Positions 36,714 to 46,387 of a stretch of 64,000 nt of DNA are shown piece by piece. Numbering within the stretch: position 1 is the stretch's first letter; each line of letters begins with the position of its first letter. The stretch is from a virus (lineage: Duplodnaviria > Heunggongvirae > Uroviricota > Caudoviricetes), in IMG/VR virus record IMGVR_UViG_3300011614_000002, positions 1-64,000 of that record. One strand, written 5' to 3'. The notes under the pieces are model-generated. The model had not been told where the DNA came from and did no database searches. It was given only the letters and a program-made list of their open reading frames with translations. The translations under genes and the position numbers were made by a program.

Positions 36714-37546
36714 GCCGCCGGGTCCTGCTGTGCAAGGCGCACGTGAAAGGCCACGCCCGCAAGGATGGCACCTACGTGAAGCCCTACGACACCAAGGCGC
36801 CCACCGCGGCGCCCCAGGCTGTGCACCACCATCCGCGGGCGAATGACCAGGGCGAGCCGGTCGAGGTCAAGCAGCCCAGCCATGCCAGCGCGCCGAGCAC
36901 CTGGCACAGCGCCGGGGCCGTAGCGACCTTTCTGCCTGACGGCGACGTGCCGCATACCCTGAACGGCATCCCGCTGACCACCTGGCGCGACCACCCCAAG
37001 ACCAACGATGGCTGGGAGTTCACGGACGGCATCAACGACGACCTGGACGAACCGCACATGACGCTGCCCAAGGGCAAGTACGCGGCCAGCGGCGTGGCGA
37101 TCGTCGAGCCCGACGGCCGGGTCTGGCTGATCTGCCCGACGAACCAGTTCGGCGGCTACAAGGCGAGCTTCCCCAAGGGCACGGCCGAGCCTGGCCTGTC
37201 CCTGCAGGCCAACGCCCTGAAGGAGGCCTTTGAAGAGTCCGGCCTGAAGGTCGAGATCACCGGCCTGCTGGGTGACTACGAGCGCACCACGTCCAAGGCC
37301 CGCATCTACCTGGCGCGTCGCACCGGCGGCACGCCAACGGCCATGGGCTGGGAGAGCCAGGCGGTCCAGCTGGTGCCCAAGACGCAGCTCTACGACCACC
37401 TGAACATGTGGTCGGACCATGGCATCGCCGAAGCGCTGGGCGCGGGACCTGCCCCCAAGAAGCCTGCCCCTGCGCTGGCAGTACCGGGCAAGATCGCGCA
37501 GAAACCTACCGGAACCACCGGCGGTTACCAAGGAAATCTATTCTAA
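36710..37546 (+). CDS. Nudix hydrolase
   Basis: Nudix-box-like segment GGYKASFPKGTAEPGLSLQANALKEAFEESGL (KEAFEESGL corresponds to REUxEExGU). Confidence 0.6.
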   Translation: MSRRVLLCKAHVKGHARKDGTYVKPYDTKAPTAAPQAVHHHPRANDQGEPVEVKQPSHASAPSTWHSAGAVATFLPDGDVPHTLNGIPLTTWRDHPKTNDGWEFTDGINDDLDEPHMTLPKGKYAASGVAIVEPDGRVWLICPTNQFGGYKASFPKGTAEPGLSLQANALKEAFEESGLKVEITGLLGDYERTTSKARIYLARRTGGTPTAMGWESQAVQLVPKTQLYDHLNMWSDHGIAEALGAGPAPKKPAPALAVPGKIAQKPTGTTGGYQGNLF

Positions 37547-37574
37547 TTTTTCCTTAGACCTGTCTTGCCTCTTT

Positions 37575-37589
37575 ATCAAATATGATCAA
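37575..37589. promoter_or_regulatory. operator 18-mer TTATCAAATATGATCAAT (copy at the adenine-methyltransferase operon)
   Basis: Identical to the copy at 8584-8601. Confidence 0.65.
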
Positions 37590-37622
37590 TCATAAGGCCA
37601 TCACCAACAAGGAGATGGCCCC

Positions 37623-37973
37623 ATGTGGATCTGCCTGAATAACGCGTTTCTTTCCATCGTTTCCAAGGACTGCCAGCCGGATGAGCTGCTGGTGCGCGCC
37701 CGGGTCCCCGGCCACATCGAAGCCGTGTTCCCCACGGCGAAGGTCAAGGAAACCATCGGTAACGACTACCAGTTCCGCGCCGCGATCAAGCGCAGCGACG
37801 TGGCGGATGCCCTGGTGCAGCAAGCCGAATCGATCAGCTACGGCAATTTCAAGGACTCGGTCCGGATCAAGTCATTGGCCAGCGCCTACAGCTCGGTCTG
37901 GGGCGTGATGGCACGGTTGCAGCCCGTGGCGCCCTACTCCAGCCGCGCCCGCCGCCAAAACGACCTGTTCTAA
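37623..37973 (+). CDS. hypothetical protein (116 aa)
   Basis: ORF immediately downstream of the operator. Confidence 0.45.
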   Translation: MWICLNNAFLSIVSKDCQPDELLVRARVPGHIEAVFPTAKVKETIGNDYQFRAAIKRSDVADALVQQAESISYGNFKDSVRIKSLASAYSSVWGVMARLQPVAPYSSRARRQNDLF

Positions 37974-37984
37974 GGAGTCCGACC

Positions 37985-39667
37985 GTGAACGCAGTAGTTG
38001 AGAATTTCGAAGGTACGCTGGTCGAAGATGTCTCGGAATTCTTCGCCCCGATGGCCACCGACCTGGTGCAGTCTCTGGTTGGCCAATACGACGCCACCCG
38101 CAAGCGCATCGACGTCATGGCGGCCGCTGTCTCCAGCGACGCCTGTCGGGGCGTGCTGCACTACTTCGTCGAGGGCAACACTCACGATCAGCGCCACAGC
38201 ATGCCCACGACGGTCGACACGCTGTTCGGCATCGAGGGCGCCATGGGCCAGCTCAATGCCGATTTCTGGAGCCGCGCCCTGCGCATGACCGACGTGCTCG
38301 ACTACATGCCGCAGAAGCGCCGGGATGAATGGTTCGAGCAGATCAAAAACCCGCTCGGCATCAAGAAGGACAAGTACGCCACCGAATACGTCCAGCCGCC
38401 GCTACCGATGTTCGAGGAAGCAACTGTTCGTTCCACCCTGGCGGGCCTGCTCCATGCGCGCGCCCAGTTCCTGGCCGAGCGCGTGGACGGCATCTTCCGC
38501 GCCCTGAGCCGCGAGCACGTGACCAACTGCCCCCAGGGCTTCAACAAGCGCATGATCCTGCTGCGGGCGATCACCAGCTATGGCACGGTGGATCACACCA
38601 CCGCCGGCGTGATCAACGACCTGCGCTGTGTCATCGCCAAATTCATGGGCCGCGATGAGCCGAAGTGGAATGACACCAGCGGCGTCATCAGCTTCGCCCG
38701 CCAAGACAACGGTGCGTGGGTCGGGATCGACGGCAACGCCCTGCGCATCCGGATCTACAACGGGGTAGGCACGGCGCATCTGGAGGTCCATCCGCAGATG
38801 GCCTGGCGGCTTAACGCAATCCTGGCCAGCCTGTACCCGACTGCCATCCCGTCTGAGTTTCGCGAGAAGCCCAAGCGCGCCCGCAAGATCAAGGACTTCG
38901 AGCTGTTCGAACGCCCCCTGCCCTTCAAGGTGCTTGAGCTGCTGTCCGGCATGAAGTCCGCCTGGCGCCGCCGGGAAAACCCAGGCTTTCGCCAGCACCC
39001 CTTCGTGGACATCCCCCGGACGCGTGTGCTCTCGGCCCACGACCGCGACAAAGCGACCCTGGCCGAAGCCGAAAAGGTGCTGGAAGCCATCGGCGGCGTG
39101 CCGGACAAGGAGGGCAACTGCTCCTTCTGGCGCTTCGACTATGAGCCGGGCCAGGTGCTAGGCCAGATCCTGTGCTCCGGCTGCATCCCCGACCACAAGA
39201 GCCACCAGTTCTACCCTACTCCGGACAGTCTGGCGGCTGACGTTATCGCCGCGGCAAACATTGGCCCAGCCGACAGCTGCCTGGAACCCGAGGCCGGCCA
39301 GGGTGGACTTGCAGACCTGATGCCGATTGACCGAACCTTGTGCGTAGAGATCAGCGCGCTGCACTGCCAGATCCTGAAGGCCAAGGGGCACAACGTCGTC
39401 GAGGCCGACTTTCTGAAGTGGCAGGCGCCGGGTACGTTCGACCGCATCGTCATGAACCCGCCCTTCTCCGAAGGCCGCTGGCAGGCCCACCTGCAGCACG
39501 CCGCGGCGATGGTCGCAGCCGATGGGCGTCTGGTGGCAGTGCTGCCGGCCAGCGCCAAGGGCAAGCCGCTGCTTGATGGGTTCGACCTGAAGTGGTCGCG
39601 GATCTACAACGACCAGTTCGCCGGCGCCAGCGTGTCGGTCGTCATACTGACGGCCACGCGCACCTGA
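37985..39667 (+). CDS. N6-adenine DNA methyltransferase (gamma-class) with an N-terminal domain of about 400 aa of unknown function
   Basis: Motif X QFYPTP, motif I LEPEAGQGGL and motif IV IVMNPPF. Confidence 0.75.
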   Translation: MNAVVENFEGTLVEDVSEFFAPMATDLVQSLVGQYDATRKRIDVMAAAVSSDACRGVLHYFVEGNTHDQRHSMPTTVDTLFGIEGAMGQLNADFWSRALRMTDVLDYMPQKRRDEWFEQIKNPLGIKKDKYATEYVQPPLPMFEEATVRSTLAGLLHARAQFLAERVDGIFRALSREHVTNCPQGFNKRMILLRAITSYGTVDHTTAGVINDLRCVIAKFMGRDEPKWNDTSGVISFARQDNGAWVGIDGNALRIRIYNGVGTAHLEVHPQMAWRLNAILASLYPTAIPSEFREKPKRARKIKDFELFERPLPFKVLELLSGMKSAWRRRENPGFRQHPFVDIPRTRVLSAHDRDKATLAEAEKVLEAIGGVPDKEGNCSFWRFDYEPGQVLGQILCSGCIPDHKSHQFYPTPDSLAADVIAAANIGPADSCLEPEAGQGGLADLMPIDRTLCVEISALHCQILKAKGHNVVEADFLKWQAPGTFDRIVMNPPFSEGRWQAHLQHAAAMVAADGRLVAVLPASAKGKPLLDGFDLKWSRIYNDQFAGASVSVVILTATRT

Positions 39668-39722
39668 TACCTATCCGGGGCCAATAGGCCCCCTTTTCCA
39701 TCTTCAACAGCGAGAAACTACC

Positions 39723-40307
39723 TTGCAGACACCCACAGTTACCCTTCGCGATCAGCTGGCAATGTCAGCTCCTACTGAGATTCCTATCGGCTTCAAACAT
39801 GTCAGTAAGCCTAAGCCGCCAGCTGTAGAGCCGCTGCCGCAGGACGGTATAGGCTTTGACCCGGCCGACGTGTTCGGCGAGAAGCCGATCAGCGATGAGC
39901 AGGCGGCACACAACAAGCGTGTCACCGAAGCCTATGAAGCCGAGCGCCAGTGGAAGCTACAGGACGACCGCGATCGCGAAGCCCAATGGCGCTATACATG
40001 GGCCGACTCCATGTTGGCCGCACGTGGTCATAGGAGCTGGGTAGATGATGTCACCCAGATTGCCCAGGGCATTCTCCCGGCCCTGCTACAGGCCCATGCC
40101 ACGCGGGCTGGATCGGACGACGATGATGCGGGTGATGACTTGTGGGCGCATGCCCAGATCAACGGCTGGGGGGCTCCTGGTCCTGAAGTGAGCTTCAACG
40201 ACGATGGACCTGCCCTAAACGCATCGTATGCCGAGAGCGTCGCATTCGATGCCTTATTACTGGCCGAAGCACTGCTGGACGTCCGCAAGCACCGATACGG
40301 GTGCTGA
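39723..40307 (+). CDS. acidic hypothetical protein (194 aa)
   Basis: ORF. Confidence 0.4.
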   Translation: MQTPTVTLRDQLAMSAPTEIPIGFKHVSKPKPPAVEPLPQDGIGFDPADVFGEKPISDEQAAHNKRVTEAYEAERQWKLQDDRDREAQWRYTWADSMLAARGHRSWVDDVTQIAQGILPALLQAHATRAGSDDDDAGDDLWAHAQINGWGAPGPEVSFNDDGPALNASYAESVAFDALLLAEALLDVRKHRYGC

Positions 40308-40559
40308 AATCAAAAGAGGTGACGTCATCGTCACCTCTTTGTTGCAATCCTCCGACTCCGCTTGGTACTTGAGGCGCCATGAAGTTTTCAGCGCATCTGC
40401 TGTGACGGAACGGAGACCCGAAGATGCAAACCGAATTCCTATGGCTGGCAGCGTCCGGCGTTGTGACCGTGGCGCTCTATGGCGCCACCTATCTGCTGAT
40501 CGGCCGAGCCTGGGGCTTTGGCCCTTGGGATCTGCAGCTGAAGACGAGCACCCAGAACG

Positions 40560-40844
40560 ATGAAAGTCTATGCAGTGGAACTGACGGTAACCGTGCTGGT
40601 TGCCGCTGAAGATGCAGTGGCCGCAGAGCGAGTGGCACGGGCGCAGCGAGACGAGATAATCAACGAAGCGGATCTGGAGGTGTCGGTGAATCGTCAGATC
40701 CATACCATTGCGCAGGCCCAGGAGCTGCACTGGGAAGCCAGCATGCTGCCCTACGGCACCGGTACCGCACGGCTGAGCGAACTGCTCATACCCGCTGAGC
40801 CACCGCCCGGTCGCGACGACAAGACGTTGGACATGTTCAACTAG
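40560..40844 (+). CDS. hypothetical protein (94 aa)
   Basis: ORF. Confidence 0.35.
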   Translation: MKVYAVELTVTVLVAAEDAVAAERVARAQRDEIINEADLEVSVNRQIHTIAQAQELHWEASMLPYGTGTARLSELLIPAEPPPGRDDKTLDMFN

Positions 40845-40898
40845 CCCCCCTCCCCCGCTTCCCACGGTTCGCGCATGTCGTGACTGCACCATGCAGTC

Positions 40899-43508
40899 AT
40901 GACGCAGCACAAGATCCGCCTCCCCGCACCCTTCCCTATCCAGCAGACCATTCTCCAGGGCGCTCGGCGTTTCAATGCCGTGTGCATGGGGGAAAAGGGC
41001 GGCAAGACCACCCTGGGCATTGAGGCCTTGGTCGCCAGCAGGCGTGGGGTGCTCAACGGCCGCGCGCCGGTCGCCTGGTTCTCCGCCAGCAAGGACGAAC
41101 TGGCCAAGGTGCGCCGGCGGGTGACACGCGCCCTGGATCCCTTCATTCGCCGGCGAGTGAATGCCCGCCAGCTGGAGCTGCACAACGGGAACACGCTCAG
41201 CTTCTTTCACCTGGAAGAGCCCCTGGATGTGTTCGAGCAGTTCGGCCTGATCGTGGTCGACGATGTGCGCTCGATCGCTAACTTCCTGGACCTGTGGGAG
41301 GACTCCCTGAGCGAGTCGCTACGGGTGCACCGCGGCCAGGCCTGGTTCCTGTCCTCGGCCTACGGCAAGCGCAATGACTTCTACCGGCTATTCGAGCTGG
41401 GCCGGGGCGATCCGGACTGGGCGCTGTGGCAGTTCAACAGCTATGCGAACCCCCATCTGCCTGCGGTAACTGCCAGTGAAGCCGAGTCAGTTACCGAGCT
41501 GGAATGGCGGCAGCGCTTCGGCGCCGAGTTCTTGGACGTGGCGATCGAGCTGGATGCTACCCAGCGCATCATTGGCCATGATGAGACCTTCCTGCAGTGG
41601 TGCGAGCGCCTGGAGCAGACCGGCCTGAAGGTGGACGGCATCCCCTTCACGCTGTCGGACCGGCCCGCCATGCGCTTCGTCTACGACCTTATCCCGGCGA
41701 CCCGCCAGGACGCGTTCCTGCGCACGGACGTCATCATGAAGTGTACCCAGGTGGGCTTCACGGTCATGGAAATGCTGGCCATGATCTACCTGGCCATCAA
41801 GTTCGCGCCGGCCAAGATCGGCATGTTCATGCCCTCGCAGATGCTGGCCAGCGGCAAGAGCTCCGAGCGCTTCATGCCCATCGTGAAGACGGTGCCCGAA
41901 GTGCACCGCCTGATGATCGACAAGCACGCCAGCGGCTCTAAGGGCGGCGAAGGTAACGTGCTGATCCGGAACTTGGGACCGAGCCGTTTCCACTTCCTGT
42001 GGACCAGCGGCAAGACGGCGACCGAATCCTTCCCGATGGACGTGGTGTCCTTCGACGAGGTGCAGGAGATGGCGGTGGCCGACATGGAGAAGACCAAGGA
42101 GCGACTGTCGGCGTCGCAGCTGCGCTACACCCTGATGGGCTCGACGGCCAACTGGCCGGACAGCGACATCCACTGGTGGTACAAACGCGGCACCCAGCAC
42201 CAGTTCCACACCCGCTGTCCGCATTGCGGCACCGGCCAGGTGCTCGATGAGCATTTCCCCCAGTGCATCGGCTACGACCCTGAGCAGGCGCGCCTGGTGC
42301 AGCGCGAGGGCATGCCCACGGTCTTCGGCGAATACCGGTACCGCTGCCATTCCTGTTCCGGCTGGATCGATGATCCCCAGGCCGGCGAGTGGATCCCGCG
42401 CAACCCAGAGGCGGAAATCCGCTCGGTGCACTTCCCCCAGTTCCTGTCGCCCACCATCTCGGCGCGGGAGATGATCGAGTCCTACCGCAACGCGGACGAC
42501 ATGAAGAACTTCTTCAACCGGAAGCTGGGCAAGCCCTACACCGACCCGTCCCAGGTCCCGGTCAACCTGGAGATGCTGAACGAATGCGCCCGGATCGGTA
42601 TGGAAGCCGGCCTGGTCTGGGAGCGCAGCGGCCGCGGCACCTTCATGGGTATCGACCAGATGGGCCAGTTCAACGTGGTGGTCATTAAGAAGCGCCTACC
42701 GGACAACCGCCAGGCCTATGTCCACATCGAGCTGATCTTCAACAACAGCCCCTTCGATCGCTGCTCCGAGCTGATGGGCCAGTACGGCGTCCAGTGCTGC
42801 GTGGTCGAGGCCTTGCCCAACTACAACGACGCGCACAACTTCGCCCAGGCGCACCCCGGCAAGGTCTTCCTGGCCGGCTACGGCAACATGGATGGGCAGA
42901 TGATGATCTGGGGTGACGCGCCCAAGCAGAACGCATCCACTCGGCGGACGGCGGAAGAGGCCCAGGAGCTCTACACGGTGCGGCTGGACCAGTACAAGTG
43001 CATGCAGGTCAGCATGAAGCGCTTCCAGAATGCCGTGTGCCTGTTTCCGGATCCGGACGGCCTGGTGCAGGAAGTGCTGGAGAAAGGCCAGATGGTGACC
43101 CGGGCCGTGTGCAAGGAGGTGGCATTCTTCCACTTCACGCGCACCGCGCTAATCGCCGAGCAGGACGAGGAAGAGAAGAAATTCCGCCGGCGCGTCGTCA
43201 AGGTCGGTATCGACCCCCACACCAGCTACGCCAACATGCTATGTGACGTTGCCTGGGCGCGCGCGCATGGAACTGACACATTCATCCTGCCGGATGCCGG
43301 AGACGCTACCAGCAGCGTGGCTGAGCCCGTTGCGGCGAGGATGTCGACTCCTACTGCCAAACTGATCGAGCATCTGAGCCAGCTTGTTGAAGAAACCTGC
43401 GGTAACTGCGTAAATCGGGACCCGCTGACCAATGCCTGCCGTGAGCTTCAGGCGACCGTGCGGCCAGCGGATCCGGGGTGCTGGGCCTACATTGCCAGAT
43501 CGAGCTGA
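40899..43508 (+). CDS. terminase large subunit, GpA (lambda-type) family with extra N-terminal P-loop domain
   Basis: - GpA-type Walker A KCTQVGFT (compare lambda KSAQVGYS).
- Walker B VVSFDEVQE.
- Zn-ribbon CPHCG...CHSC.
- The N-terminal 220 aa carry a second terminase-like motif set: MGEKGGKTT, LIVVDD and SSAYG. Confidence 0.75.
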   Translation: MTQHKIRLPAPFPIQQTILQGARRFNAVCMGEKGGKTTLGIEALVASRRGVLNGRAPVAWFSASKDELAKVRRRVTRALDPFIRRRVNARQLELHNGNTLSFFHLEEPLDVFEQFGLIVVDDVRSIANFLDLWEDSLSESLRVHRGQAWFLSSAYGKRNDFYRLFELGRGDPDWALWQFNSYANPHLPAVTASEAESVTELEWRQRFGAEFLDVAIELDATQRIIGHDETFLQWCERLEQTGLKVDGIPFTLSDRPAMRFVYDLIPATRQDAFLRTDVIMKCTQVGFTVMEMLAMIYLAIKFAPAKIGMFMPSQMLASGKSSERFMPIVKTVPEVHRLMIDKHASGSKGGEGNVLIRNLGPSRFHFLWTSGKTATESFPMDVVSFDEVQEMAVADMEKTKERLSASQLRYTLMGSTANWPDSDIHWWYKRGTQHQFHTRCPHCGTGQVLDEHFPQCIGYDPEQARLVQREGMPTVFGEYRYRCHSCSGWIDDPQAGEWIPRNPEAEIRSVHFPQFLSPTISAREMIESYRNADDMKNFFNRKLGKPYTDPSQVPVNLEMLNECARIGMEAGLVWERSGRGTFMGIDQMGQFNVVVIKKRLPDNRQAYVHIELIFNNSPFDRCSELMGQYGVQCCVVEALPNYNDAHNFAQAHPGKVFLAGYGNMDGQMMIWGDAPKQNASTRRTAEEAQELYTVRLDQYKCMQVSMKRFQNAVCLFPDPDGLVQEVLEKGQMVTRAVCKEVAFFHFTRTALIAEQDEEEKKFRRRVVKVGIDPHTSYANMLCDVAWARAHGTDTFILPDAGDATSSVAEPVAARMSTPTAKLIEHLSQLVEETCGNCVNRDPLTNACRELQATVRPADPGCWAYIARSS

Positions 43509-43813
43509 TCCCGCTCCTGATCTCTCTGCTGCGCCATGTATTCATCATGCGGCAGCACATCGAGCAGAGCCCAGGGGGTGAGCTTCATCGCGCGGATGGC
43601 GTCCTTTGCCTCCATCTCAGCGGACAGCCGGAATAGGCTCTTGCTGAAGTGCACGTGGCGCCGTGTAGGGCCATTGTCGCGCCGTACCGTCATGATGACG
43701 ACAAGGCCGCGGGTGATACCGGGTTTGTCCTTGGCCAGCACCTGCTTGGCGCGATGCGCAAGCACAGGCAGACCGAAATGGCGACGCATACTTTCTTCGG
43801 TGATGGTTCCCAT
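43487..43813 (-). CDS. hypothetical protein (108 aa), possibly a RelE/ParE-like phage protein
   Basis: Small basic ORF overlapping the terminase 3' end by 22 nt. Confidence 0.4.
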   Translation of the reverse strand: MGTITEESMRRHFGLPVLAHRAKQVLAKDKPGITRGLVVIMTVRRDNGPTRRHVHFSKSLFRLSAEMEAKDAIRAMKLTPWALLDVLPHDEYMAQQRDQERDQLDLAM

Positions 43814-43941
43814 CAGTTCCCTCTCCTTTCCGTTGGTATAGCTGTGGCGGCTATCAGTGCGGCAGCTCCAGCTGCCGTAATTACTCCGTCCCAGGCGGTG
43901 GCGTCACCAGGGCCGTAGGGCTATATCAGCAAAAACACTGG

Positions 43942-44934
43942 CTAAATGTCCAGTGCTATTTGATCCTTTGCGACAACCTGGTTCAACGAGGCGAGTTTGC
44001 TCAGCCGGGCTTCGGCTTGCTCCCAGGTTTCTCCGGGGTTGGCGTTCTTCGAAATGTAATCGCGTGACAAGGGTCCCAAATTTCTCAAGGGGGCCTTTTC
44101 GACGGATGGCGCATCCTGAGGTGTGGTCTGCTTGGTTTGACTTGAACCAGTTGGTCCGACTGGTGTTACGGCGCTGGTTGCCATCGCGACAGAGCGGAAC
44201 GTGAACTTCAACCGGTCGGCCACGCGCCCCTTCTTGAGCACCTCGTATTCGACGAACATCCCGGCGCCTTCAGGCAGCTCGGCAATCGCAGGATCCAGCA
44301 CACGCGCCTGGAGGTTGTTGATCCGTTCATAAGCCTTGCCCAAGCAGAGCATTTCGCGGAAGTCGGTCAGCGACACCACGTAGTACCCGGCCCCGTCGAT
44401 TTCGTACCGCACCAGCAGCTGGAACAGGCGTATGGCATGGATGGACTTGAGCTGCACCACTCGGCGCAGACGGTACCGCGTGAAGTCACCCGTCAGGGCT
44501 GACAGGTAGGGCTCTATGCTGGGCGTGAAGAAGAGTTCGATCCAGGGCTCATAGCGTGGCGTGCCCTTCTCGAAGATCCAGCGGAAGTCGCTGTCCTTCG
44601 TGTTCTTGCCTGTCCCGCTGATGATGCGTACCGTCCGCTCATACAGGGTCGACGCCGCCGTCTTGATTGCGTCATAGGCCTGCTTCTCATCCATGCTGTA
44701 CGTGGCAGCGAACTCTCCGGCGTAGATCCGGATCGGGTTGATCAGCGGTTTGCGGGAATCGATCTTGGACAGAGCCAGCAGCAGCAGGCGCTGTTCCTGG
44801 AGTGTCAGCTTGTAAGCTGCTTCGATCAGGTGGTTGGACTTAGCGATCCAATCACCTTCCTTGGGGATTAGGACATCGTCGGTCATGACGACTCTCGTTG
44901 TTGGGTTGGCGGGGCCAGCATAGACCTCAATCAA
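43942..44934 (-). CDS. repA: Rep_3-family (RepA/pi-like) iteron-binding replication initiator
   Basis: N-terminal segment IAKSNHLIEAAYKLTLQEQRLLLLALSKID is typical of Rep_3 initiators. An iteron array lies immediately upstream. Confidence 0.75.
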   Translation of the reverse strand: MIEVYAGPANPTTRVVMTDDVLIPKEGDWIAKSNHLIEAAYKLTLQEQRLLLLALSKIDSRKPLINPIRIYAGEFAATYSMDEKQAYDAIKTAASTLYERTVRIISGTGKNTKDSDFRWIFEKGTPRYEPWIELFFTPSIEPYLSALTGDFTRYRLRRVVQLKSIHAIRLFQLLVRYEIDGAGYYVVSLTDFREMLCLGKAYERINNLQARVLDPAIAELPEGAGMFVEYEVLKKGRVADRLKFTFRSVAMATSAVTPVGPTGSSQTKQTTPQDAPSVEKAPLRNLGPLSRDYISKNANPGETWEQAEARLSKLASLNQVVAKDQIALDI

Positions 44935-44954
44935 CCCACTTGCTACAGGTTTAT

Positions 44955-45400
44955 TTTATGTAGCACGAAGAGGATAACCGGCTCAGGAAAGTCCGAAATT
45001 TGTAGCACCGAGTCGGAAATTTGTAGCTGAAAGTCCGAGATTTGTAGCTGAGAGTCGGAAATTTGTAGCACCGACCCCGCTGGAACCCGCGTCCTGTAAG
45101 GCTTCGCGGGGGTCCTATAAACAAGAGATAAACAAGAATAAAGGTTTTTATAAAGGGACAGCCTGTGGAAAGGCTTGTCCTGGGATCGGGAGAGCGGCAG
45201 TCAGACCGGAAAAGTCCGAAATTTGTAGCACGAACCAGCTAGCCGCACACAGCGACACGCCACCTGCTGCATAGGTCATAGCAAAAGTCCGAAATTTGTA
45301 GCACGAAACCCTGAGTAACCGTCGGAGACGATAGTCGGTTCCTGGTATGCAGATCCGCCCGAAACGCTCGGTGAAAAGTCCGAAATTTGTAGCACGAAGG
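44955..45400. repeat. Iteron array: 7 full and 1 partial copies of AAGTCCGAAATTTGTAGCACGAA with a central AT-rich segment (candidate oriV)
   Basis: Copies at about 44955 (partial), 44989, 45011, 45030, 45052, 45211, 45284 and 45374. AT-rich segment at 45120-45170. Confidence 0.8.
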
Positions 45401-45719
45401 GGGAGAGGGGAGGCGCCGTCTGTTCCGGCGTGTCAGCGACCCTATGTCTGATCCCGTTGCCCAATCGCGACAGGTCTATCAGCTTCTGGGATGGCCCCTG
45501 GCGAGGAACGTTCGAGAACAGCCATGGCCATGCTGCGGAGGTTTTTCAATGTCCAGGCACTCACCGCTTATCCTGGTCCGGTCCACTCGCTGATGCGAAC
45601 CCACCGGCTAGGCTCACCGCTCTACGACATCCCGGTTACCCCATCCGGAGCGCTTTTGGTGACCTGAGTCATGTGCGGCAATGAGCAAATCTTGCTGTCA
45701 CGACCTGTCGGTCGGGCAA

Positions 45720-45929
45720 TCACGCCCGCATCGCAACAGCTACGGCATAGTGATCGGGCTTGCTGCGCAGCAACCGATTGGTGGCCAGGCGAGTTCTGCG
45801 CTTACGCGCCAGATCGGCAGAGAAGTTCGTGCAGCAGGTAGAACACACGTAGCGTCCACCGGCCCGGCGATCTGTCCGCAAAGCCACGGGCTTCCAGCGC
45901 ATGCAGGCGTTGCAGAGAAATTCGCTCAT
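45720..45929 (-). CDS. zinc-ribbon small protein (69 aa)
   Basis: CNAC...CSTCC. ATGA-coupled to the dut stop. Confidence 0.4.
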   Translation of the reverse strand: MSEFLCNACMRWKPVALRTDRRAGGRYVCSTCCTNFSADLARKRRTRLATNRLLRSKPDHYAVAVAMRA

Positions 45930-46387
45930 GCGCCTGTGCTCCCGAAGCCACCGGAACCGCGGGTCGTTTCTCCCAGTTCCTGCACCGCCACGGGCTGGAC
46001 CTTGACCGCGGGAACCAACATGCCCTGGGCGATCCTGTCGCCGGTGCGCACAACCAAGTGATTCCGGTTCAAGCCGGCGGCCTGTTCGTCGTAATCGGCG
46101 CACAGACGGACCATCAGTTCGCCTCGGTAATCGGCATCGATAACACCGGTGGTATTGGCGAGCCTGATTGCGTGCTTGAAACCGTGGCCACTGCGGGAGA
46201 AGACCAGCAGGCACCAGCCTTGGGGGATTTCAAAGGCAAGGCCGGTACGAAGGGTAACTGGCCTGTCAGGACCGACAGTTACCGCTTCGCCATCGACGAT
46301 CGCGTAGAGGTCAAAGCAGGCCGCGCCGTCGGTTCCGTAGGTTGGTAGCTGGGCGGCAGGGTGGAGTAGCTGGACGTTAAGCTGCAT
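45926..46387 (-). CDS. dut: dUTP pyrophosphatase (dUTPase)
   Basis: dUTPase motifs RSG, GVIDADYRGE, GDRIAQ and RGSGGFGSTG are present. Confidence 0.85.
   Translation of the reverse strand: MQLNVQLLHPAAQLPTYGTDGAACFDLYAIVDGEAVTVGPDRPVTLRTGLAFEIPQGWCLLVFSRSGHGFKHAIRLANTTGVIDADYRGELMVRLCADYDEQAAGLNRNHLVVRTGDRIAQGMLVPAVKVQPVAVQELGETTRGSGGFGSTGA

Noticed and set aside
39660-39720. Weak copy of the GGGCGCAAATAGGGCG element (CCGGGGCCAATAGGCCC).
   Set aside because: Too divergent to count confidently as a cassette copy.
44955-45400. Repeat array considered as a possible CRISPR array.
   Set aside because: The repeats are 23 bp with irregular spacers of 0-120 bp. They lie next to a Rep_3 initiator and surround an AT-rich core. 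No cas genes are present. Iterons fit better.
45720-46214. Full-length 164-aa minus-strand ORF overlapping dut.
   Set aside because: It overlaps dut in another frame. Only the C-terminal 69 codons (45720..45929), ATGA-coupled to dut, are plausible.
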